Origin: Longimicrobiales bacterium
Lineage (GTDB): Bacteria; Gemmatimonadota; Gemmatimonadetes; Longimicrobiales; Gaopeijiaceae
Assembly (NCBI GenBank): GCA_965116905.1
Contig: OZ220732.1
Coordinates: 1,824,001 to 1,888,000, forward strand
Length of the DNA: 64,000 nt
Reading direction: 5' to 3'
Program-made: the position numbers and the translations under genes
Notes under the pieces: model-generated
Seen by the model: only the letters and a program-made list of their open reading frames with translations
Database searches by the model: none
What the model was told of the DNA's origin: nothing
Part shown: in pieces, positions 9,375 to 20,142 of the stretch
How the letters are laid out: each line of letters begins with the position of its first letter
How positions within the stretch are numbered: the first letter of the stretch is position 1

Positions 9375-10511
9375 GTGTCGCGCAAAGGCCAGGACAACCG
9401 AATCTCCGACGGAGGACCGGTTCCGACCCGTCCTCCCGATCCCATCCGCCACGCGGAGCGGCTGGATCCCTCCATCTTCGCCTTCCCGGTGGAGAAGATG
9501 CGGAGCGGCTACTACTCCGACAAATACTTCGTACGGGCGCGTGAGATGCTGCTCGCCCAGGGTCGTGGGCCCTCGGTCACCATGCAGGTGTTTCAGAAGC
9601 ACGACGCCGTGGTCGCGGGCACCGACGAGGCGATCGCCATCCTGAAGCTCTGCCTCACGGAAGGCTACGACTTCGGCGAGCTGGAGGTCCGAGCGCTGCG
9701 CGACGGGGATCGTGCGCGCCCCTGGGAGACGGTCCTGCTGGTCACCGGCCCATACCCCGCGTTCGCGCACCTGGAGACCCTGTACGCGGGAGTGCTGGCC
9801 CGCCGGACCCGCATCGCGACCAACACCCGCGCGGTGGTGGAGGCGGCCTGGCCCAAGCCCGTCATGTTCTTTCCGGCGCGCCACGACCACTGGATGGTGC
9901 AGACCGGCGACGGCTGGGCTGCGCACATCGCCGGGGCCATCGGGGTGTCGACCGACGCGCAGGCCTCTTGGTGGGGGTCGTCCGGGGTGGGAACGGTGCC
10001 GCACGGACTGATCGCGGCCCACGGCGGTGACACGGTGGCCGCTACGAAGGGGCTTGCCGCGCAGCTTTCGGACGACGTGCAAATCGTGTCGCTCGTGGAC
10101 TTCGACAACGACAGCGTGCGCACGTCGCTGGCGGTCGCGAGCGCGCTGGGCGAGCGCCTCTGGGGGGTCCGGCTCGACACATCCGGCACCATGGTGGACC
10201 GGGCCATGATCGGCGAGATGGGCGACTTCGACCCGCGCGGGGTCAACCGCCACCTCGTCCACAAAGTCCGCGACGCGCTCGACGGGGAGGGCTTCCACCG
10301 CGTGAAGATCGTCGTTTCGGGAGGGTTCGCCGCCTCCAAGATCCGCGCCTTCGAGGAGGCCGGCGTGCCTGCCGATGCCTACGGCGTGGGGTCCGTGCTC
10401 ATGCGCGGTTCCTTCGACTACACGGCCGATATCGTGCTCGTCGAGGGTGAGCCGGTGGCCAAGGCCGGCCGCTGGCATCGGCCGAACGACAGGCTTGAGC
10501 TGGTGACATGA
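9375..10511 (+). CDS. pncB: Nicotinate phosphoribosyltransferase (type II PRTase, QPRTase-like); start uncertain (9324 or 9375)
   Basis: YSDKYF, GTVPH, GVRLDT, VSGGF and YGVG motifs. Confidence 0.75.
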   Translation: MSRKGQDNRISDGGPVPTRPPDPIRHAERLDPSIFAFPVEKMRSGYYSDKYFVRAREMLLAQGRGPSVTMQVFQKHDAVVAGTDEAIAILKLCLTEGYDFGELEVRALRDGDRARPWETVLLVTGPYPAFAHLETLYAGVLARRTRIATNTRAVVEAAWPKPVMFFPARHDHWMVQTGDGWAAHIAGAIGVSTDAQASWWGSSGVGTVPHGLIAAHGGDTVAATKGLAAQLSDDVQIVSLVDFDNDSVRTSLAVASALGERLWGVRLDTSGTMVDRAMIGEMGDFDPRGVNRHLVHKVRDALDGEGFHRVKIVVSGGFAASKIRAFEEAGVPADAYGVGSVLMRGSFDYTADIVLVEGEPVAKAGRWHRPNDRLELVT

Positions 10512-11233
10512 GTGGGGGACAGAGAGCGACCCGGACCGCGCGGGTGGGCTGGATCGTCGATGTGCAGGCGGACTTCATGGACCCGGCAGGCCGGCTCTAT
10601 GTCCGCGACCTCTTCGACGACTCCGATCCGGGCGCCGCAACCGTCATTCCCGCGCTGGAAGCCGCCACGGCCTGGATGCGGAAGCACTGCGACGTGCTTG
10701 TCTACACGGGCGACTGGCACGGCCTCGAAGACCCCGAAATCGACGCCGTCGCCCCGGATCCCGCCCGGGACACCTACCCTCCGCACTGCATGGGGCGCTC
10801 ACCGGACCCGGACGAACGCGCCGGCGCGGAGGTGATCGCGGAGATCCGCCCGGTCGATCCCGTCGTGCTAGCACACGATGCTAGCACCGATGCCGCGCAG
10901 GCGGCCGCGCGGCGCGCCGTTGCGGAGCGGCGGCCGGTGTTCGTGCAGAAGACGCGCTTCAACGTCTTCGAAGGGAACCCGGGCTGCGAGGCGTTCGTGA
11001 AGTCGCTGGTCGAGGCGCTGGGCCGTCCGGCCGAGTTCGTGGTGATCGGCGTGGCGCGCGACGTGTGCATGACCCAGGCCGTGGACGGTCTTCTGGCGCG
11101 CGGTTACGACGTCACGGCGGTTCGGGACACGACGTGGGGGCTGGGACTCGAACCCGAAGAGGTCACGCTGGCGCGCTGGGCGGAGCGGGGCAGGGTGGTG
11201 ACACTGGCGGAGCTGGAGGCGGCCGGCTTGTGA
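10508..11233 (+). CDS. pncA: Nicotinamidase-like cysteine hydrolase (isochorismatase family)
   Basis: VDVQADF, DWH, YPPHC, Lys in VQKT and catalytic Cys in GVARDVC; ATGA overlap with the PRTase. Confidence 0.7.
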   Translation: MSGGQRATRTARVGWIVDVQADFMDPAGRLYVRDLFDDSDPGAATVIPALEAATAWMRKHCDVLVYTGDWHGLEDPEIDAVAPDPARDTYPPHCMGRSPDPDERAGAEVIAEIRPVDPVVLAHDASTDAAQAAARRAVAERRPVFVQKTRFNVFEGNPGCEAFVKSLVEALGRPAEFVVIGVARDVCMTQAVDGLLARGYDVTAVRDTTWGLGLEPEEVTLARWAERGRVVTLAELEAAGL

Positions 11234-11246
11234 CGGCGCGGTCCCG

Positions 11247-12722
11247 CTACCGGTACCGCACCCCCTCCTTGAACACCATGTCCACGTCGCGCAGCGCCCA
11301 TATGTCTTCCAGGGGGTTGCCGTCGACGACGATCACGTCGGCGAGCTTCCCGGCCTCGATGGTGCCGAACCGGTCTTCCATGCCCAGCAGTTCCGCTCCC
11401 CTGCGGGTGGCCGAGACGATCGCCTCCATCGGCGTCATCCCGAGTTCGATGAAGATCTCGAGTTCGCGCACGTGGTTCCCGCTCTCGTGGAAGTTGAGGC
11501 GGGTGCCCTTGTCGGTTCCCATGGCGATCGGCGCCCCCGCGGCGATCAGCTTGGCAAGATTCAGGCGTCCCAACTCGTAGCCGGCCCGTTGCTTCTCGAG
11601 CGCGTCCGGGTCGCGCGCGAGGTCTCGGGCCACCCATTCGCGGCCCTCCTGGACCATGTCGGCCGGGGCGTGGCGGATGTACCGCGGATCCTCCAGGCGG
11701 CTCGGGTCCTCGAAGTAGGTCACGTAGACTTCGCGCACGACCATGAGGGACACCGAGTAGACGTTCTGGTCCACGAAGCGCTGCACCAGTTCGTCCGAAA
11801 ACTCGCCCTGCGGCCCCACTTCCTCCTCGGCCACGAGGGTGGGGTGTTCCATGGCGTCCACGCCCGCGTCCAGCACCGCGACGACGCTCTCGACCGACGA
11901 CGTGTGGGTCGTGACCCGCAGTCCGCGCGCGTGCGCCTCGTCCACGATCTCGGTGAGGGCCTCGGTGGAGAGTACCGGCGGCTCGTTGTCGGGTCCGCTG
12001 TGGGCCGAAACCTTGATGAAGTCGACGCCGCGCTCGGCGTAGTCCGCCACGATCTCCCTGCCGTGGGCGCCGTCGCGCACCGGGAGCCTCATCGCGGCCC
12101 GCGCGTATTCCACACCCTCGGGCGGGATGCCGGCGAAGACCGAATCGGTGGGATCGTCGAACATCCGGTAGACGCCCGGGTAGTTCAGGATCGTTCCCGA
12201 GGTGAACAGGCGCGAGCCCGCGATCAGGCCGCTCTCGACATCCTCGCGCAGGCGGATCATCTCCTCGAGCGGGTCCATGGTGTCCCGGGAAGTGGTGATC
12301 CCCTGCATGAGGCTCGCATTCAGGTTGCGCGCCCCGATCTCGTAGTAGTCGCGGTAGCGTCCCGCGAAGTACGCGGGGTGATTGGACTGTCCGTCGAAGA
12401 TGATGTGGCTGTTCCCCTCGATCATCCCGGGCATGACGGTCTTGCCGGCCACGTCGATCACCGTGGCCCCTGCCGGAACGGTCACGCTCCCGGCGCTCCC
12501 GGCCGCGACGATCCGGCCGCCACCGATCACCACCACCGCGTCGCCGACCGCCTCGGCCCCCGTGCCGTCGATCAGGCGGCCGCCCACGAGAGCGGTCACG
12601 TCGTCGCCCGCCCCGGGGGGCATGCAGGCGGCGATCAGCCCGATGGCCGGCGTCAGGAGGCCACGGATGAAAGTGCGGTTGCACGCGGCTCTCTCAGCCA
12701 CTGCCGCGGTTCGTTTGGTCAT
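11247..12722 (-). CDS. Metal-dependent amidohydrolase (lipoprotein)
   Basis: GKTVMPGMIEGNSH, DFIKV, TTH, MEHP, GTD and GTIEAGKLADVIVV. Confidence 0.8.
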   Translation of the reverse strand: MTKRTAAVAERAACNRTFIRGLLTPAIGLIAACMPPGAGDDVTALVGGRLIDGTGAEAVGDAVVVIGGGRIVAAGSAGSVTVPAGATVIDVAGKTVMPGMIEGNSHIIFDGQSNHPAYFAGRYRDYYEIGARNLNASLMQGITTSRDTMDPLEEMIRLREDVESGLIAGSRLFTSGTILNYPGVYRMFDDPTDSVFAGIPPEGVEYARAAMRLPVRDGAHGREIVADYAERGVDFIKVSAHSGPDNEPPVLSTEALTEIVDEAHARGLRVTTHTSSVESVVAVLDAGVDAMEHPTLVAEEEVGPQGEFSDELVQRFVDQNVYSVSLMVVREVYVTYFEDPSRLEDPRYIRHAPADMVQEGREWVARDLARDPDALEKQRAGYELGRLNLAKLIAAGAPIAMGTDKGTRLNFHESGNHVRELEIFIELGMTPMEAIVSATRRGAELLGMEDRFGTIEAGKLADVIVVDGNPLEDIWALRDVDMVFKEGVRYR

Positions 12723-12741
12723 GACGTCGCTCCGGATCGGG

Positions 12742-14856
12742 TCATGGTCGCCCCGCCTGCCCCGGCGCCAGATACCTGGCGAACCAGCGGACGATCCACT
12801 GAAGGCGCTCGAGGCGGTGCAGGGGCTGGCCGGACCTCGGAAGGCCGTGCCCCTCGTCGGGGAAGCGGACGAAGAGGGAGGGCACTCCTTCACGGGCCAG
12901 TGCCCGGTACATCTCCTCTCCCTGGCTGACCGGCACGCGGAAGTCGAGTTCGCTGTGCAGGACCAGCGTCGGAGTCGTGATGCGGTCCGCATGGGCGATG
13001 GGCGACGACTCCCACAGTCTCATGGGGACCTCCCAGGGCGTCCCGTCGAGTTCGAGTTCGACCCAGGAAGGGATGTCGGCGGTTCCGAAGAAGCTGATCC
13101 AGTTGGAGATGCTCCGCTGCGTAACCGCGGCGGCAAAACGGTCGGTGTGCCCGATCACCCAGTTCGTCATAAGGCCGCCGTAGCTGCCCCCGGTAACACC
13201 CAGCCGCGCCGGATCTATCCATGCGTGCTCAGCGAGGGCCGCGTCCACCCCGGCCATGATGTCGTCGAATGCCTTGCCCACCAGGTCGCCGGTCACGGCG
13301 TGCTCGAATCGCTGACCGTAGCCGGTGCTGCCGCGTGGATTGGTGAAGAGGACCCCCCAGCCCTGGCCGGCAAGGATCTGGAACTCCAGGCTGAAGCCGG
13401 TGCCGTACATGCCGTAAGGGCCACCGTGGATCTCCAGGACCAGCGGATAACGGGCGCCCGTGCGCATTCCCGGCGGACGCATGATCCAACCCTGCACATC
13501 CCAGGCATCGGCCCCGCGGTACCAGAACGCTTCCGCATCTGCGAGTTGCCGCGACGCCCGCCACTCGTCGTTGAAGCCCGAGAGCGCGCGGCCCGCGGCA
13601 CCATCCAGGGCACCTTCGGTTGCGTCCAGCGCGTTACGGCCGGCCACGTACACCTCCGCCGGGGCGGTGGGCGTGGTCCACAGGTACGCCAGCGTGCCGT
13701 CGGAGCCGACGGCGAACTCGGCTGCCTGTCCCTTTCCGCCTACAATCGGGTCGTGCGTTCCGTCCAGGCCGAGCCGGTGGATCTCGATGTTCCCCTCGAC
13801 CTGGAACGAGACCGCCAGATCGCCCGCGGGGGTCCAGGCGAAGGCCGAGGGCGTGTGATCGATGTCGCCGGTCAGGTTCCGGGGCTCCCCGCCGTCGCCG
13901 TCCACCACCCGGATCTGGTGCTGGGAGCCATAGTCGTGCGGGTCGCTGTTTCCACGGAACGCGAGCCAGGCTCCGTCGGCCGACCAGCGCGGCGTGGCGT
14001 CCGTGCCGGGGCCCCCGGAGAAGCGTTCGGCCGAACCTCCATCCGCGGAGACGATCCAGATGTCGGTGTTCCGGTTGAAGTCGGGTTCGTGCGTGCGGTT
14101 GGAGACGAACGCGATCCGGTCGCCGGCCGGAGACCAGGCGGGCTCTGAATCTTCGAAGGGCCCGTGGGTGACCTGCAGGGGTTCTTCACCGTCCATGGAA
14201 ACAACGAAGACGTGAGGGTAGGACGACCCGAGGTAGGTCGTGCCGGCACGGTAGCGAAGACGGTCCGCCACGATAAGGTCGCCCGACTCGGACTTGATGG
14301 CCTCTCCCAGCAGTTGGTCGGCGGCCGCGGGCTCGCTCACCTCGGAGACCACCGCAAGGCGGCGTGAGTCGGGGGCCCAGGCCAGCGTCGAAATACCGGA
14401 TTCGAAGTCCGTGACCTGCCGGGCGTCTCCGCCTGCGGCCGGCCGAACCCAGAGCTGCTGCGACCCGCTCCGGGACGACCGAAACGCGAGCCACTGCCCG
14501 TCCGGCGACCACCTGGGCGACTGGTCGCGGTCGCCCCGCGTGAACGGGTTGATTTCGCCCGTGGCCAGGTCGGCTTCCCAGACAGCCCTGCGGTATGCGT
14601 TGGCTTCACGGTCGAGACGGTTGGTCACGAACGCGAGCCGCCTGCCTTCGGGATGAAAGTCCAGCTCGGCGACCTCCACGACTCGGAAGAGGTCATCGGG
14701 CGACACGTGGGCAGGCTCGGACCCCACGGCCGGGTCGGTGTTCTGGCCGGCCGGATCGCAGCCGGCCGCGATGGTGGCCAGACAGAGGCCGATCAGTGCT
14801 GCGCGGAACCTGGCGCATCCTGCGCGTGCGTCGAGGTCACCTGTACGCGCCCTCAT
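12742..14856 (-). CDS. S9 family peptidase with PD40/TolB-like propeller
   Basis: PRWSPDG repeats, IHGGP, GGSYGG, DFRVP and EGHG catalytic motifs. Confidence 0.9.
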   Translation of the reverse strand: MRARTGDLDARAGCARFRAALIGLCLATIAAGCDPAGQNTDPAVGSEPAHVSPDDLFRVVEVAELDFHPEGRRLAFVTNRLDREANAYRRAVWEADLATGEINPFTRGDRDQSPRWSPDGQWLAFRSSRSGSQQLWVRPAAGGDARQVTDFESGISTLAWAPDSRRLAVVSEVSEPAAADQLLGEAIKSESGDLIVADRLRYRAGTTYLGSSYPHVFVVSMDGEEPLQVTHGPFEDSEPAWSPAGDRIAFVSNRTHEPDFNRNTDIWIVSADGGSAERFSGGPGTDATPRWSADGAWLAFRGNSDPHDYGSQHQIRVVDGDGGEPRNLTGDIDHTPSAFAWTPAGDLAVSFQVEGNIEIHRLGLDGTHDPIVGGKGQAAEFAVGSDGTLAYLWTTPTAPAEVYVAGRNALDATEGALDGAAGRALSGFNDEWRASRQLADAEAFWYRGADAWDVQGWIMRPPGMRTGARYPLVLEIHGGPYGMYGTGFSLEFQILAGQGWGVLFTNPRGSTGYGQRFEHAVTGDLVGKAFDDIMAGVDAALAEHAWIDPARLGVTGGSYGGLMTNWVIGHTDRFAAAVTQRSISNWISFFGTADIPSWVELELDGTPWEVPMRLWESSPIAHADRITTPTLVLHSELDFRVPVSQGEEMYRALAREGVPSLFVRFPDEGHGLPRSGQPLHRLERLQWIVRWFARYLAPGQAGRP

Positions 14857-17138
14857 GGTGCGCCTCCGCTGTCCGAAGCCGCCGCGGGCTCCACGCTCAG
14901 GTATCGGTCCAGGTACTCGGCGATGCGGCGATAGTAGTCAGAGCGGGCGCGGGGCCCCCGTATTCCGTGGGCTTCGTCTGGATAGAAGATCCATTCGAAC
15001 GTGGTCCTTCCGTGCGCGAGCAGTTCGTTGACGAGTGCCGCCGCGTCGAGGTGCATGGTGTCCTGGATTCCGCTCAGGATAAGCATGGGGCGGACGAGGT
15101 TGGCGGCGTAGGTAATCGGGGAGGCGCGGCGCGTCCCTTGGGGGTTTTCCCAGGGAAAGCCGAAGTGCTCTTCGTTATACCCCGGCGCCAGGTAGAAAAA
15201 GCGCTCCCAGTCGGTGACCGGAGCACTGGACACCCCGGCCGCGAAGGTCTCCGGAGACCGCAGCAGGGCGCTGGCGACCATGAATCCGCCGTAGCTGTGG
15301 CCCCAGATGCCGATGCGGTCCATGTCGACATAGCCCAGGTTCCTCAGGTACTCGACCCCGCCGAGGACGTCGGCCACGTCCACGTCGCCGAGACGATTGA
15401 AGACGTCCATCCGGAACTTGCGGCCGTAGCCTGCGCTGCCGCGGAAGTCGATGTCCAGGACCACGTATCCTTCCTGCGCCAGGTAGCGGTTGAACGCGGT
15501 CTGGTCGAGGCGCATCCATCCCCGGAAGACGCTCTGCGCGTATCCCGCGCCGTGGACGAAGACCACGGCCGGGTACTCGCGGGCTGCGTCGAATCCGTGC
15601 GGTCGAAAGATCCTGCCCGTAACCGTGCTCCCATCATCGTGGCTGGGGAACCGGACGATCTCCGGTTCTCGTAGACGATATCCTTCCAGCCATGCGGGAA
15701 CGGCCAGTGCGGTAAGCTGGCGCGGCTCCCCGGAGTCGGTCTCCTGCACGTACAGTTCGGGCGGTGCCGTGTGGTTGCTGTGGAGGTACGCTACGTGGGA
15801 GCCGTCCGGCGAGGGGGTGGAAGAGAGGTTCACGCCCGGCAGCGGCGTGACGCGTCGCCACTCCCCACCGGCGGCCGGGACTTCGTACAGGTGCCGCTCC
15901 GGGGTCCCGGCTTCGTTCGAGGGGAACAGGATGGTGCGGCCGCCCCGCGACCACACCGGCGTGACCTCGAAACGGTCGTACACTTGGTTGCTGGTGACCG
16001 TAAAATCTCCCGACGTGACCTGCACCGGTCGGGGATCGTCGGCGCGGGCGTGGATCGTATAGACGTGATTCCAGTCGGTGCGCTCGGAGGTGAAGAGCAG
16101 GTGCCGGGAATCCGGCGACCACCCCACCCATATGGCGAGCGGCGAAATCCACGCGTCCACGTCCTCGCGCCAGATGGTGCGGATTTCGCCCGTCTCCGGC
16201 GACGCGATCCGGATTTCACGCGCCGTGTGGTCCAGAGATAGCCAGTTGATCGCGACCGCGTTGCCGTCCGGGGACCAATGCGCCTGGCTACCTCCCCGCA
16301 GGGAATACCGCTCGCCCTCGGGTGACCCCAGCCAGGTGGTCTCGCCGCCGTCTGCCGCGATTACGCCCAGCCGCACGCGCCCGTAGCCGATCAGCGTGAA
16401 CCTCACGCCGATGATGAGGCCCGAGAAGTCGGTGTGCCGGAAGCGGCGCTGTTCGTCGGTGGCCTGAGCAGTGTAGAGGATCTTCGTGCCGTCCGGCGAC
16501 CAGCGCGGCTGAAGGTTGTGCCATCCCTCGCCGTGGGAACTGGTGAGCTGCCGTATGCCGCCGTCCTTCAGGTCGAGGACCCAGAGTTCGCTCTCGCGGA
16601 TGTAGGCGAGCCTGCTCCCGTCCGGAGACAGCACCGGGTCCGGGCCGTTGAAGTACTGCTGGGGCGTGTAGCCGGGCGAGGTGGCACCGAAGTCTACCAG
16701 CGTGCGCGCGGCCCCGGTGTGGGGGTCGGCGGCGTGGATGTCGCCCCCGGCCATGTAGAGCAGCGTGCGTCCGTCGGGGGTCCAGGGCTCCGGCAGCAGG
16801 GTGCGCACCACCGCGTCAGCGGGCGAATCCGGCGTCGCCGACCGTGAAAGGGACAGCCGGCGGACGCTCCCGTCCACATCCGCGATGAAGATGGCGCTGG
16901 AGTTGGTTTCGCCCTCGCCGACCGTGAATGCGATTTGCCGCCCGTCCGGGGACCACTCCGGGGCGGACAGTTGACGGAGGGTCCACAGGTTGTCGGTCGT
17001 CAGCCGCGGTGCCTCCTGCCCGAGGGCTGGTGCCGCCGAGATGAGAATCCCGGCGGCCACACCCGCAACCAGACCACGGGACACACGTGCAATAGACAGT
17101 ATGACAGCTCCATACCGTGATCTCCGCACACGGTTCAT
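14853..17138 (-). CDS. S9 family peptidase (DPP IV-like)
   Basis: WSPDG repeats, VHGAG, WGHSYGG and EAHG; ATG overlaps the ppk1 stop. Confidence 0.9.
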   Translation of the reverse strand: MNRVRRSRYGAVILSIARVSRGLVAGVAAGILISAAPALGQEAPRLTTDNLWTLRQLSAPEWSPDGRQIAFTVGEGETNSSAIFIADVDGSVRRLSLSRSATPDSPADAVVRTLLPEPWTPDGRTLLYMAGGDIHAADPHTGAARTLVDFGATSPGYTPQQYFNGPDPVLSPDGSRLAYIRESELWVLDLKDGGIRQLTSSHGEGWHNLQPRWSPDGTKILYTAQATDEQRRFRHTDFSGLIIGVRFTLIGYGRVRLGVIAADGGETTWLGSPEGERYSLRGGSQAHWSPDGNAVAINWLSLDHTAREIRIASPETGEIRTIWREDVDAWISPLAIWVGWSPDSRHLLFTSERTDWNHVYTIHARADDPRPVQVTSGDFTVTSNQVYDRFEVTPVWSRGGRTILFPSNEAGTPERHLYEVPAAGGEWRRVTPLPGVNLSSTPSPDGSHVAYLHSNHTAPPELYVQETDSGEPRQLTALAVPAWLEGYRLREPEIVRFPSHDDGSTVTGRIFRPHGFDAAREYPAVVFVHGAGYAQSVFRGWMRLDQTAFNRYLAQEGYVVLDIDFRGSAGYGRKFRMDVFNRLGDVDVADVLGGVEYLRNLGYVDMDRIGIWGHSYGGFMVASALLRSPETFAAGVSSAPVTDWERFFYLAPGYNEEHFGFPWENPQGTRRASPITYAANLVRPMLILSGIQDTMHLDAAALVNELLAHGRTTFEWIFYPDEAHGIRGPRARSDYYRRIAEYLDRYLSVEPAAASDSGGAP

Positions 17139-19462
17139 GGCTGTCCCCGGTGCCTCTCCAGCCCGGTAGCCCGTCGGTTGCGCAGCCGGGTGCCCTCGAA
17201 CTCCCGCGCGTGACCCCACGCGATCATCGTCTGGAAGGTCCCGGTTTCGCGGCGCGCCGGAGGCGTGCGCTGCGTGTAGCTCCCGTCGGGTCCCATTTCC
17301 CATGCGCAGCGGCGATCGGCCAGCTGGATGTCGAGCACCTGGCGCAGCTCGGCCCGGAGCGTCACATCCTCGACCGGGACCAGCGTTTCCACCCGCGCGC
17401 TGAGATTGCGGCCCATGCAGTCGGCCGATCCGATGTAGTACTCTTCATCCCCGCCGTTGCGGAAGTAGTAGATCCTGGAGTGCTGCAGGAAGCGGCCCAC
17501 GATGCTGATCACGCGGATATTGTCGGACAGCCCCGGAATGCCCGGACGGATGCGGCAGCTGTCCCGTACGATGAGGTCCACGGCCACGCCCTTGCTCGAC
17601 GCCTTGTAGAGCGCGCGCGTCACCTGCGGATCCTCCAGCGCGTTCATCTGGAACTGCATACGGCCCGGAGAGTCCTCGGAGTGCAGCTTGATCTCCCGCT
17701 CGATCCGCTTCAGCAGCGCGCCGCGCAGGTGCTTCGGGGCTGACAGCACCTTCCAGTACTTGCGCTTCGGCCGGTACCCGGTGGTCAGATAGTTGAACAG
17801 TTCGGTGAGATCGGCGCCGATCGCGGAGTCGCACGTAAGCAGACCGTGATCGCAGTACTGGCGGGCGGTGCCGACGTGGTAGTTGCCGGTGCCGATGTGG
17901 GCGTAGCGGCGAAGCCCGTCCTCGTCCTGGCGGACGACCAGAGTGACCTTGCAGTGCGTCTTCAGCCCGAGCACGCCGTATGTGACGTGAATCCCCTGGG
18001 CCGAGAGCTCGTTTGCCCACTGAATGTTGGCGGCCTCGTCGAACCGCGCTCGGAGTTCGATCACCACCGCCACCTGTTTGCCCGCCCGGGCCGCATGCAC
18101 CAGGTGATCGATGATGCCGCTTCTGGGCGCCATCCGGTAGAAGGTCATCTTGATTGCGCGCACCTTCGGGTCCCGGCAGGCTTCCCGGACGAAGCGAAGA
18201 ACCGAAGTGTCGAAGGCCTGGTACGGATGGTGAAGCAGGACCGGCCCCTGCTCGCGGATCACGTCGAAGACGGGCCGGCGCGTCAGCAGATCGGGGTGTT
18301 CCGCAGGATGGTGGGCCGGATCCTTCAGGCCGGGCAGCGGCAGTTCGTGGAGCGCGATCAGGTCCCGCAGACCAAGCAGCCCGTCCCCCTCGAATATGTC
18401 GCTGTCCTTCAGACCCAGCTCATTGGCCAGCATCTTGCGCCGCTTCGGATCGAAGCCCTGTTCGACCTGGAGGCGAACGATCGGCGCCAGACGACGCTTC
18501 CGCAGGCCCGCTTCGATCGATTCCAGCAGGTCGTCCGCCATGCCTTCGTCCACATCGTAGATCGCGTTGCGCGTGACACGGAAGATCTCGCACGCTTCGA
18601 CCTTCATTCCGGGAAAGAGCAGGTCGAGGTTGTTGGCCATCAGGACTTCCAGCGGCACCCAGGTACTGGTGTCGTCGACGCGAACGAACCTGGGGATTCC
18701 CGTGCCCACCGGGACCTTCACGCGCGCCAGCGACGGATTCTCGTCGGTGCGGTAGCGGAGCGTGACCAGCAGGTTCAGCGAGAGGTTCGAGATGAAGGGG
18801 AAGGGGTGTGCCGGATCGGTGGCCTGCGGAGTCACCAGGGGGTAGATGTTGCGCACGTAGTGGAGGCGCAGCCATTTCCGCTCTTTTCCGCTCAACTGCT
18901 CCCAGTCCACGATGCGGATCCCGTCCTCCGCCAGGAGGGCGAGGATCTCGCGGCCCGCCCTTCTCTGTCGCGCTTCGAGCTCGCGAACGACCGCGTAACA
19001 CTGGTCGATCTGCTCGCTGGGAGTGCGTCCATCGATCGTGCGCTTGATGATTCCCGCCTCGACCTGCTGTTTCAGCCCGCCGATCCGTTTCCTGAAGAAC
19101 TCGTCGAGGTTGGATCCCACGATCGAAAGGAACTTCAGCCGTTCCAGCAGCGGCGTCCGCGAGTCTTCCGCTTCGTGCAGCACGCGGAAATTGAAGTTGA
19201 GCCAGGTGAGCTCGCGATTCAGGTAGTATTCCGGCCTGGCGAGGTCATGCTCGTCGGCTGGCTGAGGGATCGGCGTGGGGTCTGCCGGGGTGGCAAACGT
19301 CGCCGGATCTTCGGGTGTTTCGCTTGCAGGATCCGCTGGTTGCGAGGGCTCCGGGGCCTGATCCCGCACGTCTTCGTCGACGGCCCGCGCCTGTTCGGCG
19401 GGAACGCCTGCCGCTTTTGCGCGTACTTCCTGGGTAGACCGGAGCGGTGCGGAGTCGGACAT
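17135..19462 (-). CDS. ppk1: Polyphosphate kinase 1
   Basis: YLNRELTWLNFN, SNLDEF, HPFPFISN, LHHPY, ARFDE, KTHCK and YIGSAD. Confidence 0.93.
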   Translation of the reverse strand: MSDSAPLRSTQEVRAKAAGVPAEQARAVDEDVRDQAPEPSQPADPASETPEDPATFATPADPTPIPQPADEHDLARPEYYLNRELTWLNFNFRVLHEAEDSRTPLLERLKFLSIVGSNLDEFFRKRIGGLKQQVEAGIIKRTIDGRTPSEQIDQCYAVVRELEARQRRAGREILALLAEDGIRIVDWEQLSGKERKWLRLHYVRNIYPLVTPQATDPAHPFPFISNLSLNLLVTLRYRTDENPSLARVKVPVGTGIPRFVRVDDTSTWVPLEVLMANNLDLLFPGMKVEACEIFRVTRNAIYDVDEGMADDLLESIEAGLRKRRLAPIVRLQVEQGFDPKRRKMLANELGLKDSDIFEGDGLLGLRDLIALHELPLPGLKDPAHHPAEHPDLLTRRPVFDVIREQGPVLLHHPYQAFDTSVLRFVREACRDPKVRAIKMTFYRMAPRSGIIDHLVHAARAGKQVAVVIELRARFDEAANIQWANELSAQGIHVTYGVLGLKTHCKVTLVVRQDEDGLRRYAHIGTGNYHVGTARQYCDHGLLTCDSAIGADLTELFNYLTTGYRPKRKYWKVLSAPKHLRGALLKRIEREIKLHSEDSPGRMQFQMNALEDPQVTRALYKASSKGVAVDLIVRDSCRIRPGIPGLSDNIRVISIVGRFLQHSRIYYFRNGGDEEYYIGSADCMGRNLSARVETLVPVEDVTLRAELRQVLDIQLADRRCAWEMGPDGSYTQRTPPARRETGTFQTMIAWGHAREFEGTRLRNRRATGLERHRGQP

Positions 19463-19632
19463 GGGTAAACATATGTTATGGGGAGGCGCGCGGCCAGATA
19501 ATTCGCGGCTTTCACCCCCCACGCACAGCGGTGTTCCGGAAAGCGCATTCAGGTTGACGCTCTCACCCGCGGCGGCGACCTTCACTTTAGCGATGCCGTG
19601 TGTGCCACTCGCGGGTAGGGGAGTCAATCGAA

Positions 19633-20142
19633 ATGACGAGGTTACTCGGAATCGGGGCGGTCATTCTCGCAACGGGCTGCTCCGCCGCGCCCGTGTCCTT
19701 CCATGGCATTGCGCCGCCGGGCAGGGAAGACGCCTACCAGTGCGCCGTTGCCCAGCTGAACATCCTGGGATACACGATCGAGGCCGGGAACAGCGACGCC
19801 GGGTTCGTCCGGGGCCGCAAGCAGACCTCGGGACTGGGCACCCAGCTCCTGACCGGCAACGCGTACCACGATGTTCTCACCGCGACGGCCTTTGACAACC
19901 CGGGCACCGGCCAGACCAATCTGCGCGTCGTTGCCTCCAGAGTGGCCGACCACGACATCAGCATCCTCGGTGGCTTGAGCGACGAGCAGCCCGCCGAGGG
20001 TGTGGAGACGATCGCACCGTCGGACAGCGGCAAGGCCGATGCGCGTGTGTTGCTGGCGGGCTGCGGCGTCAACAATGTGATCGGGCCGACCCAGGACGAG
20101 GACCAGGACGAGGAGCAGTTCGTGCTCGAAGGGGTCGTTTGA
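19633..20142 (+). CDS. Hypothetical lipoprotein
   Basis: GGGGAG RBS, lipobox ATGC, acidic tail. Confidence 0.6.
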   Translation: MTRLLGIGAVILATGCSAAPVSFHGIAPPGREDAYQCAVAQLNILGYTIEAGNSDAGFVRGRKQTSGLGTQLLTGNAYHDVLTATAFDNPGTGQTNLRVVASRVADHDISILGGLSDEQPAEGVETIAPSDSGKADARVLLAGCGVNNVIGPTQDEDQDEEQFVLEGVV

